A DNA stretch of 38,814 nucleotides, taken from an uncultured Phycisphaeraceae bacterium. GTDB taxonomy: Bacteria; Planctomycetota; Phycisphaerae; Phycisphaerales; UBA1924. Positions 1-7,461 of the stretch are shown one piece after another. The stretch is taken from contig CAZZDW010000024.1 of assembly GCA_964652945.1 (NCBI GenBank), positions 1 through 38,814 of the forward strand, given 5' to 3'. Positions within the stretch are counted from its first letter, which is position 1, and each line of letters starts with the position of its first letter. The translations under genes were made by a program, and so were the position numbers. The notes below the pieces were generated by a model. The model made no database searches. It was not told where the DNA came from and worked only from the letters and a program-made list of their open reading frames with translations.

Positions 1-1
1 C

Positions 2-53
2 TCATCTTGACCCACAACCACACGACGACAAGATGCGCTTCACGTACCGCTCA
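2..53. repeat. 52-bp direct repeat, copy 1 (tcatcttgacccacaacc..gcgcttcacgtaccgctcac)
   Basis: Near-identical to 1968-2020 (2 mismatches over 52 nt) in the same orientation. The flanks diverge immediately on both sides. Copy 1 abuts the window edge, so the repeat could be longer to the left. Confidence 0.8.
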
Positions 54-215
54 CCGGCCGGCATGCTCGTTGCCGACGAAGAGGCTGTTTTTCCGGTTGA
101 GCACGACCCGCTTCATCTCACGCTCGGACGCATTGTTGTCGATCGGCACGCACCCCACATGTTCGTGCTGGCGTGCGAAGACCGTCAGCGTCTGCCACTG
201 GTTGAGCGTGTAGCA
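54..215 (-). pseudogene. IS66-family transposase (TnpC) C-terminal fragment
   Basis: The minus-strand translation ...ARYCYTLNQWQTLTVF..VPIDNNASEREMKRVVLNRKNSLFVGNEHAGR* matches the conserved IS66 TnpC C-terminal block (..NQWxxLxxF..IDNNxxERxxRxxxxxRKNxLFxGS..). It is cut at its 5' side by the IS481-like element and stops 9 aa after RKNSLF, so it is also truncated at its 3' side. Confidence 0.6.
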
Positions 216-1905
216 GTAGCGGGCGAGCGAAGGATGTAGGCGAATAATGCCTCCGCTCATCATGCTGCAAGCGGAAGTATGAATAAATCAGGATGTCGCC
301 ACGGTTTTCGGGGTTCGCACGCCCAAGGCCGCCATATGCAGGTGGGCCAGGAGATTGTGCGCTCTCTTTACGCGGCTTCTCGGCGTTCTCGAACGTGGAT
401 GACCGGATAGCAGAGCCGTCGGTCGTTGCTCACGTGCCGCCGCTCGAGTTGGATCACCGGTTCGACACCTCCTTTCTGCCTATAGCTCACAGCCTCGGTC
501 TTCAAAGTTCCCGCTTCAACTTCGAGCGGCGTCAGTGTATCATGGGCCGCATGCGGTCGGAAGCGGTTGTGCCATTCCCGGTAGGCGTCGAGTTGCTGTT
601 GCACAACCGCGACGTTGGTGGACAATACCGACTTCGCCGCCCAGGCTTTGATATCGCGGAAGACCCGCTCGACCTTGGCGTTGAGTTGCCAGGTGTGCAC
701 CTGGCAACGAACATGCGTCACACCCATCTTGCTGACGGCGTTACGGAACTCGCGTCGGAACTGGCTGCCGTGGTCGGTCACGATAAACCGCGGCGTTGCA
801 CCACTCTCTTGAATAGCGGCCTCGATCATCGCAGGCAGATCGGCCGTCTTCACTCGTCCTTTGAAAGCTTTCAATGCAACGAGCTTTCGGCTAAATCCGT
901 CGAGCAAGGCCGCGATCTCGACATTCCACCACAAGAGCTTGACCGTGGTGATATCCAGGTGCCACACCTTGTTGGGCTCTTCTGGATGTTGCACATGATC
1001 CGGCGCCTGCGTAACGGCTCGCTCAGGGTGCTTCTTGGTTGGATTTGTCGGGTGTTCCTGAAGGATCCGCCGCACGCTGGTCCTGCTCAGCTTGATACCG
1101 GCACGCGCGATGTGACGAGCGATCGTCCGGCTGCCGAACTCCGGCTCCGGGAACATGCACCGCATCTCGCGGACCAACCAGCGAACGGACTCGTGCGCCT
1201 TGTTCCACGGCGGCCCGCCGAGCAGGTTCTTCGCTCGGAGTTTGTCATCCACGGCGTTCATCCAGTTGCGGATGGTGTTGGGATGCACGCCGAACCGCTC
1301 GGCGGTCTTCTTCGGCGACCACCCGCGCAAACGCATCACCTGCAGAATCTCGGCACGTTCCTCCGGCACGAAGTGCGGCCGCTCCTTCGGTTCTTTGCGG
1401 AGCCGCTGGGATCGGAAGATCGCGAGTTCGCGCTCAAGCAACGCGTTCTCGGCATAGAGCCGGTCCCGCTCGTTCATCAACCGAACGAAGGACGAAGAAT
1501 GGTCGAGCATCCGAGTCCGCGCATCGACGGCGGCACACATGAACAGCGTCGTGATCCGCTCGGCTGCGCGCCATATAGAAGGTTGGGCCACGGTGAAGTC
1601 CCTCAAGCCGCTGAAGCCGTGTCCACGCTGGCTCCGCTCGGCAGGGCCAACCGTATGTTGCAGCATCGCGGCACGAAACGAGCTATCGGACTTTCTCGGC
1701 CGCATTGGACGCCTCCAACGGGGCGCACAAACTCGCTGGCCCACCTGCAAACGGGGCCTGGAGTAGGGAAGAGGCCCCAAAGTCACACCGAGAGGTTCGT
1801 ATCCCGAATCTCTCCCGAGATTCATCCTTGATACGAACCCGGTGAGGTGAATTCGCCGAACGGCGGCCGCGGAGACCATTGCCCGTATCGACGCTCGCCC
1901 TCCGC
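215..1905 (-). mobile_element. IS481/IS3-superfamily insertion sequence, copy A (inverted relative to copy B)
   Basis: About 1.7 kb is alignable end-to-end with the reverse complement of 7462-9185 (~90-95% identical by eye). It contains one long DDE/rve transposase ORF. The boundaries were estimated from where the two copies stop aligning. Confidence 0.75.
368..1540 (-). CDS. DDE transposase (HTH + integrase-core/rve domain), IS481-like
   Basis: HTH segment (WSPKKTAERFGVHPNTIRNWM). DDE core segments are WHLDITTV.., ..FIVTDHGSQFR.., ..QLNAKVERVFRDIK... A single ORF of ~390 aa fits IS481 rather than the two-ORF IS3 arrangement. The start is uncertain: the ORF stays open upstream to 1990, and Met151 (MCAAV, 1540) was chosen here. 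Confidence 0.75.
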   Translation of the reverse strand: MCAAVDARTRMLDHSSSFVRLMNERDRLYAENALLERELAIFRSQRLRKEPKERPHFVPEERAEILQVMRLRGWSPKKTAERFGVHPNTIRNWMNAVDDKLRAKNLLGGPPWNKAHESVRWLVREMRCMFPEPEFGSRTIARHIARAGIKLSRTSVRRILQEHPTNPTKKHPERAVTQAPDHVQHPEEPNKVWHLDITTVKLLWWNVEIAALLDGFSRKLVALKAFKGRVKTADLPAMIEAAIQESGATPRFIVTDHGSQFRREFRNAVSKMGVTHVRCQVHTWQLNAKVERVFRDIKAWAAKSVLSTNVAVVQQQLDAYREWHNRFRPHAAHDTLTPLEVEAGTLKTEAVSYRQKGGVEPVIQLERRHVSNDRRLCYPVIHVRERREAA

Positions 1906-1967
1906 TCCCGCTGCTCACGCAGCAGACGCGACCACCCAGCCGCCGATAACGCCTTCTTGACCATCCA

Positions 1968-2020
1968 TTCATCTTGACCCACAACCTCACGCCGACAAGA
2001 TGCGCTTCACGTACCGCTCA
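1968..2020. repeat. 52-bp direct repeat, copy 2
   Basis: Matches 2-53. Together the two copies bracket the IS481-like copy A, the IS66 tnpC fragment and 63 bp of other sequence. Confidence 0.8.
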
Positions 2021-2274
2021 CTTGCCTTCGCCTCAATTGTGGCTGTTGTCGGTCGGTCGATGGCGGTCGCTTCATCGGTCGATGCTCTTGCGTGCGATTG
2101 ACCGCCAACGCCCAGAATGGTAACCAAAGCCATGCGGCAACAGCCGGCGGCACGGGTTCTATTCATGAGTAGTCTTTCTTGACCGATATCCTTACGCTCG
2201 CCCGCCACTACTCATCAATCACCGTGACCAAGACCGTAGAATTCCCGGCGATGTTCCGATACTTCAGCGGCCTG

Positions 2275-3324
2275 CTATGGCTGCCCCGAATCAATCTCTT
2301 TTCCTCCGAGATCGATCCCACGCAAGCCTCCACGGGTGTAACGGTAATACCCAAATACAGAATCGGTCTCGTGTCCGCTTGCCGTCGGCGGCTCCCACGT
2401 ATCCGGTTTATATGCATACTGGAATCCGATCGGACTCTTCGGATTCCACGGATCCCACCCGCGATTCGTGTCCTTGGTCTGCTTGTACGAGACCGAGCCG
2501 TCGAACATGAGGACGTTCACCTTCGCGTTCGGGATCGCGTAGTAGGTCTCCCGCTTCTCGTGCCGTGCGTGCCCCTCATGCAGGAACACCTTCTGCGATG
2601 GAAAGCCCACCGTGTTCAGCGTTTGCTGAGAGAGCTTCCACTGGACTGTGTTGAACACAAAGTGATCGCCGGTGGAGTTTCGCATGCGTTTATTGTCAGC
2701 AGTCAGAATATTCTTGCTCTGTGAGCCGTCGAGCGCACTGACGGTTACTTCGTACGTCGAAGAAAACGCCCAACGGATGCCCGGGTTTCCTGGCGAGATC
2801 GGGGTTGTCACTGCTGCGAGAGACTTCGCCGGATACGGCGGAGCGCCTCCCGCCATAAAGTTGTTGATATCCCGGGCCCATGTCAGGCGTATTTGATCAG
2901 ACGGACAGGTGTACACCGGCTCGGGCAGACGCGCCGCAAGGTAATCAAAGAGCACGAAATGTCCATACAGGATCTGCGGCAAGAGCATCACATCCTTGTT
3001 CATCGGCAATGACGTCAAACGTCGGAATATGTCCGTAAACTGGGACTGCTGTGCACTCATATCAGAGGACGCGCTTCGAAGGTCTGCAAAGCTGGACTTT
3101 ATCACATCATGCTGTTTCCACGAGTAGTTCCAGATGAAGTCCTTGTGGTCGATGCCGTAACTTGCCGTGGACACGCCGAGCTGCTGCATCTGCGTCATGC
3201 ACAGCGTCGTCCGCGCCACTCTTCGTGCGGAAGCCAGCGCCGGCAGCAGCATCGCGACGAGCAGCCCGATGATGGCGATAACGACCAGCAACTCGATCAG
3301 CGTGAACGCCTTTTTGCCAACCAT
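2275..3324 (-). CDS. DUF1559 / H-X9-DG prepilin-type N-terminal cleavage-methylation domain protein (planctomycete pseudopilin-like)
   Basis: N-terminus MVGKKAFTLIELLVVIAIIGLLVAMLLPA is a class III (prepilin) signal with the invariant Glu. The C-terminal ..HEGHARHEK..NVLMFDGSV.. fits the H-X9-DG motif. ATG start with SD (ggagatt). Sits downstream of the 852-aa gene on the same strand. Confidence 0.85.
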   Translation of the reverse strand: MVGKKAFTLIELLVVIAIIGLLVAMLLPALASARRVARTTLCMTQMQQLGVSTASYGIDHKDFIWNYSWKQHDVIKSSFADLRSASSDMSAQQSQFTDIFRRLTSLPMNKDVMLLPQILYGHFVLFDYLAARLPEPVYTCPSDQIRLTWARDINNFMAGGAPPYPAKSLAAVTTPISPGNPGIRWAFSSTYEVTVSALDGSQSKNILTADNKRMRNSTGDHFVFNTVQWKLSQQTLNTVGFPSQKVFLHEGHARHEKRETYYAIPNAKVNVLMFDGSVSYKQTKDTNRGWDPWNPKSPIGFQYAYKPDTWEPPTASGHETDSVFGYYRYTRGGLRGIDLGGKEIDSGQP

Positions 3325-3344
3325 ACGGAATCTCCAGAACAGTG

Positions 3345-3376
3345 CTCGCGCAATGGAAAGACGTGGGATCTCCCCA
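3345..3376 (-). promoter_or_regulatory. 13-bp-stem intergenic hairpin (ggaaagacgtggg-atctc-cccacgtctttcc)
   Basis: A perfect 13-bp inverted repeat with a 5-nt loop between the stop of the 852-aa gene (3400) and the start of the DUF1559 gene (3324). There is no U-tract after it, so it is more likely an mRNA stabiliser or processing element than an intrinsic terminator. Confidence 0.5.
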
Positions 3377-3399
3377 CGTCTTTCCGAGAAGAGGAAGAA

Positions 3400-5958
3400 T
3401 CAGCAGCCGGCCAGCCACGCGGTGAGGAAGTCGAAGATGTCCTGAACAGTGACGCCGTTGACGCCGTTGAAGTCAGCCGAGGCGTTCCCGGCCAGCCACG
3501 CGGTGAGGAAGTCGAAGATGTCCTGGACGGTCACGCCGTTCACACCGTTGAAGTCCGCCGGGCAGCAGCTGATGTTGCCGCCCTGCTTCAGACGCAGGGT
3601 CCAGGAGTTGACCGCGCCGCCGCCGGATGCCGCGTCACCCGTGGCCACGAGCGTCCAGACGCCCGCGGCGGATTTGCCGTGGAAGTTGGCGCGCAGTCCA
3701 TTGTTGACATTGGCCGATCCCGCGGGGCGGTAGACGCCCGCCGGGATCGGATCGACCCCGAGGTTCGCCGCGTCAAAGAGCGTGGTCGCGCCCGCATCGT
3801 TGAAGGTGTAGACGCCGGCAAGGTCGAGTCCCGCATTGCCCGCCGGGGAGAAGCCGTACCGGCCGCGGTGCGTCAGCGGGACATACATGCCGTCCTTGAC
3901 GAGAGCGAGGCGAACATCGCCCTGCGAACTGTGGCCGATGTCCACTTCCACTTCAACATCTTCCACGGTGAAGGTGTCGGCGATCGTGACGCTCCCGCTG
4001 GTGTAGGGGACAAAGCTGTTGCCGATCTGGTTGTTGCCAAACATGGCGATGGAGCCGCCCGCGTAGCTCGATGTGGTGCTGTTGTGAGAAACGCAGACAC
4101 TGCCGTCGCCGCCGTAGGCGCCGCCGCGTGCCGCACAGTCCTGCTGCGAGGTCAGCAGGCACCCGTCCTGGGTGCAGCAACGACCATTGGCCGAGGGCTC
4201 GACGAGCAGTTCCATCTCCGCGAACCCGTAGTCGCCGTTGTTAGAGGACTGAGCCTGTCGCGAGGCGAACTGGAAGTAGTAGGTCGTGCCGGCGACGACG
4301 TTCCACGTGTCGATGCCGTTGGTGGCTGCCGCACCGTCCGGGATGCCCGATATGGGAGTGATTTGCCCCATGTTCACGCACCGCACCAGTGACGAGGCGC
4401 TGGTGGGACAAACGCCGGGCGCCGATTCGGGGAAGATCGCCAAGCGGCTCCCCAGCGCCACGGGGAAGCTGCGGTTCATGATGGAGGCCTTTCCCGAGAC
4501 CGGGGCGACCCACTTGTACCAGGAATCCAGCGCCATCGGCGAGGTCGCGAAGAACGGGTCCGCCCCGCACCGAAGTGAGGTGAATGGTGCGACCGGCGCG
4601 GTAGCCCGCACATTGTGGAATGTGAACACGCCCGTGCCGCTGATGGGCGTAGCGGTCGCGCAGTCGTCGCCGACGCTGGGCAGGAGCGAGAACTTCACAT
4701 CCATCGGAGTGGGGGGAGACGACGTCGCCGAATCGACATGGACATTGATGAAGTACGTGGTGTTCGCCAGGGTCGGGAAACCAAACCGCTGAATGCCTAG
4801 GAACCCGTAAAATCCGCAGAATGTCGCCGTCGCCGATTCCGGACAGCTGCCGGAGGCCCACACGCCCACCGCCACGGTCTGGGTGCTGAACTCCTCGATA
4901 AGCATGACGCCGGGCTCCGAACCCGAGTCGTAGCGGAACCAGACGCCGTAGTTGGAGCCCGCCGCAACATCGCAGAACCCGCCGTCGATATCATGATTGG
5001 CGCCGGAGTTGTCTACCTGAAACCGTGCGGGCATTGAGGAGATGACAAGGGCGTCGGAACAATCATCGTTGGCCGGCGGCGTGACGTAGTAAAAAATGAT
5101 GTTCATCGGCACCGTGGGAACCGTCGCGGCGTTGTTCTGCACTAGGAAGTAGTAGGTTTTTCCGCTCGTGATGGGAACATTGAACCCGGTGGTGGTGTGA
5201 CAGAAGGTCGGTGATGTGCCGGGGGCAGGACAAGCGGCCGACCCGGTGTCCATCTCCCAGATGCCAACCGCGGTATTCTGTGGCGTACTCTCGCTGACCT
5301 TAAGAAGGCCCGTCAGGGTGCAGTCATACTTGAACCAGACGCCGCATGTGCCGACCCCGCGTGAGGTGGTGGCGCATCCAATATTATGAAGATCGTCTCC
5401 CGCCGTGGTGTTGTCCACGACGTATTCCGTCTCCAGATCAATCACCTGCGCGTCGGCGCATTGGTCGTTTGCCGGGGGCACAACCTGGTAGAACACGATG
5501 ACCATCGGCACAGTCGGAGCCGTCGCCGTATCGGAGAAGACCAGAAAGTAATAGGTCTTCCCGCTCTGCACATTGATGTGAAAAGTATCCGTGGCGGCGC
5601 AGAACGTCGAAGGCCCCCCGGCAGGGCAGGTCGCGCCGACCGTATCCATTTCCCAGATGCCCGCGGCGATGTTCTGTGTAGAGGCTTCCTCGACACGAAG
5701 AACGCCGGTGAAGATCGAGTCGTAGCGAAACCACACCCCCGCCCTCATGCTCGTTTGCGACGCGAGGTTGCAGGCCCCAACGTCAAACGGCTCGTTGGCG
5801 GCCGTTGTATTGTCGACATTGTAAATGTCGCCAAGCGTCACGTTCTGCGCAGTTGCACAGTCGTCGTTCCCAGGCATGGCAAAGACGCCCAGCGGCAACG
5901 CCAATAACCCGAGTAACGTGAGTGCAAAGCAACATTTCTGAGTCAACCAAGAGCTCAT
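3400..5958 (-). CDS. Large secreted multidomain protein: signal peptide, 4x ~135-aa PPC-like domains (P-x-N-D-x-C-x-x-A motif), P-domain-like beta module, 2x dockerin/EF-hand-like repeats at the C-terminus
   Basis: N-terminal signal MSSWLTQKCCFALTLLGLLALPLGVFA. Four internal repeats each begin PANDDCATAQ / PANDQCADAQ / PANDDCSDAL / VGDDCATATP and each contains ..GxWxxYD / WEMDT..GKTYYF... The segment ..DVEVEVDIGHSSQGDVRLALV..AAGVWTLVATGDAASGGGAVNSWTLRL resembles a proprotein-convertase P-domain. The C-terminal DFNGVNGVTVQDIFDFL x2 fits the D-x-N-x-D-G dockerin/EF-hand pattern. No subtilisin catalytic motifs were seen. Confidence 0.6.
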   Translation of the reverse strand: MSSWLTQKCCFALTLLGLLALPLGVFAMPGNDDCATAQNVTLGDIYNVDNTTAANEPFDVGACNLASQTSMRAGVWFRYDSIFTGVLRVEEASTQNIAAGIWEMDTVGATCPAGGPSTFCAATDTFHINVQSGKTYYFLVFSDTATAPTVPMVIVFYQVVPPANDQCADAQVIDLETEYVVDNTTAGDDLHNIGCATTSRGVGTCGVWFKYDCTLTGLLKVSESTPQNTAVGIWEMDTGSAACPAPGTSPTFCHTTTGFNVPITSGKTYYFLVQNNAATVPTVPMNIIFYYVTPPANDDCSDALVISSMPARFQVDNSGANHDIDGGFCDVAAGSNYGVWFRYDSGSEPGVMLIEEFSTQTVAVGVWASGSCPESATATFCGFYGFLGIQRFGFPTLANTTYFINVHVDSATSSPPTPMDVKFSLLPSVGDDCATATPISGTGVFTFHNVRATAPVAPFTSLRCGADPFFATSPMALDSWYKWVAPVSGKASIMNRSFPVALGSRLAIFPESAPGVCPTSASSLVRCVNMGQITPISGIPDGAAATNGIDTWNVVAGTTYYFQFASRQAQSSNNGDYGFAEMELLVEPSANGRCCTQDGCLLTSQQDCAARGGAYGGDGSVCVSHNSTTSSYAGGSIAMFGNNQIGNSFVPYTSGSVTIADTFTVEDVEVEVDIGHSSQGDVRLALVKDGMYVPLTHRGRYGFSPAGNAGLDLAGVYTFNDAGATTLFDAANLGVDPIPAGVYRPAGSANVNNGLRANFHGKSAAGVWTLVATGDAASGGGAVNSWTLRLKQGGNISCCPADFNGVNGVTVQDIFDFLTAWLAGNASADFNGVNGVTVQDIFDFLTAWLAGC
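3411..3572. repeat. Tandem duplication of an 81-bp (27-codon) unit
   Basis: 3411-3491 and 3492-3572 are ~90% identical. They encode the two C-terminal ADFNGVNGVTVQDIFDFLTAWLAG modules of the 852-aa protein. Confidence 0.85.
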
Positions 5959-6083
5959 CGTGGCCTTCCTTTCGTGTTGTGAACGGACTCGGGCTGCGGT
6001 TACGCCTCAAGAACACGGCATCACCCGACCGCTAGAACCAAAGCCTACACCGTCCCTGCCGCTCGCACAAGATATCTGTGAAA

Positions 6084-6099
6084 AAATCCTGTAGGATTT
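6084..6099. promoter_or_regulatory. Inverted repeat aaatcc-tgta-ggattt (operator-like) in a divergent intergenic region
   Basis: 6-bp perfect arms with a 4-nt spacer, about 40 bp upstream of the 6135 start codon and between divergent genes. A TACAAT-like -10 element lies at ~6122-6127. Confidence 0.35.
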
Positions 6100-6134
6100 A
6101 TCGACGGCGTGTAAATTGAGATTACAATAGGTGT

Positions 6135-7376
6135 ATGAGCAAGATGGCCCTTACAGAAACGGTCGGCGCCTTGGGTTATCGAGACTCAAACAAATTGCGT
6201 ACGTCCATATCGAACAGCGCCGACGGCCACGCCGATCAAGCGACGCAGGCGATGGCGAGGTTGTGCAGCGCGCTCGGCGCCCTGCTGGAGAGTCTGCCTT
6301 CGCATCCCACCAGGGCGACGGACGTTGCGAGCGCGATCGGCGTGAATCCTCAGTTGGCGTGGCAGGTTTTTCGAATGGCCGGGGCCGCGAACGCGCTCGC
6401 CGCCGTGCAGTTTCTGCCCACGAGCAACCAGCTCGCACGGGTGATCGAGGCGGCCCGCGCTTCAGGCGCAAAGCCCGGCGTCGTCAAGCGCGCCAAGGAG
6501 GCAAGCGATGCGATCGACGCCTTCCTCATCGAGCACGAGATGGATCGACGCGAGTTCGAATCGCTGATCGGCTCGCTGGCGGCAGGTGGCGCCGAGCAGG
6601 TGGACATCAAGCACCGGCGGGCGTTGCACCGCAGCCACGCGCACTACTACGGGATACAGTCAAAAACCGTCTATTCCTGCTCCATCTTGCACCCCGGCGG
6701 GGAGGGAGAGAGCTACCGCCAGGTCTCTCTGCTCGGGTATGTCAACTTGCACGCGCTCAGGCCCAACGTGTCGATGACACTCTTCCAGACGGCGGCCGCG
6801 TGCGACCCGGATGGTGCTCGGGTGCCCACGGCGAGCACTCCCTGCTTGCTTGAGGGATTCGATGCTGGTCGGAGTGTGGAACTCGTGCATGAAGGGGAGG
6901 AAGACGGCCGCGTGTTCACCCGTATTGTCTTTCCCGGCATCGGACGCGGGGCGGCGGTTTCGTTCCTGACCATGCAGACCCATAAGGATGGGAACACTGC
7001 GCAAGATCCTCATCCGTGGATAACCGTCCAGCTCACGGTGCCCGCCGAGGCGATCGTGTTGGACATCCTCGTGCCGACGGCGTGGGGAACATCCGGGCAG
7101 GCCGTTGTCAGAACCTATGCCCGACGCGCCCAGCCGATGAAGGTTCTCGAATGCCGATCCGTGGACATCGTCCCGTGCAATGAACAAGCCACCTGCACGC
7201 GCGAGGTAACAGAACTTTCGCCAACCGCCGATGCGCCCGGCGTTCGCGAGGCCATCGGTCGCATGCTTCGAAAAAAGGGATGGGGGCAAACCAAGTTTGA
7301 CCTTTACCGCTGCCGCGTGGCATTTCCGGTGCTCTACTCGGCGATTCATTTGAGAGTGTTGCCGCAGGAAGGATAA
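6135..7376 (+). CDS. Hypothetical protein (413 aa), no recognisable domain
   Basis: ATG start with SD (aggtg). A long ORF with ordinary codon composition and an alpha-rich N-terminus. No motif was recognised. Confidence 0.5.
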   Translation: MSKMALTETVGALGYRDSNKLRTSISNSADGHADQATQAMARLCSALGALLESLPSHPTRATDVASAIGVNPQLAWQVFRMAGAANALAAVQFLPTSNQLARVIEAARASGAKPGVVKRAKEASDAIDAFLIEHEMDRREFESLIGSLAAGGAEQVDIKHRRALHRSHAHYYGIQSKTVYSCSILHPGGEGESYRQVSLLGYVNLHALRPNVSMTLFQTAAACDPDGARVPTASTPCLLEGFDAGRSVELVHEGEEDGRVFTRIVFPGIGRGAAVSFLTMQTHKDGNTAQDPHPWITVQLTVPAEAIVLDILVPTAWGTSGQAVVRTYARRAQPMKVLECRSVDIVPCNEQATCTREVTELSPTADAPGVREAIGRMLRKKGWGQTKFDLYRCRVAFPVLYSAIHLRVLPQEG

Positions 7377-7461
7377 CCGGATGCGTGAGGGCATGGTATG
7401 TAAGGGAATCTGCTGTAACCGGCCAGCTCCGAATTTCTGTGAAAAACAGCAACTGTGTCAT

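Noticed and set aside
293-1831. 512-aa plus-strand ORF (and its 520-aa twin at 7525-9087) running antisense through the IS transposase genes
   Set aside because: It has no recognisable motifs and an Arg/Pro/Gly-rich composition typical of out-of-frame translation of high-GC DNA. The opposite strand carries clear HTH+DDE transposase signatures.
3109-4392. 427-aa plus-strand ORF opposite the 852-aa secreted protein gene
   Set aside because: It has the low-complexity composition of antisense translation (R/D/E/G). The minus strand has a signal peptide and repeated domain structure.
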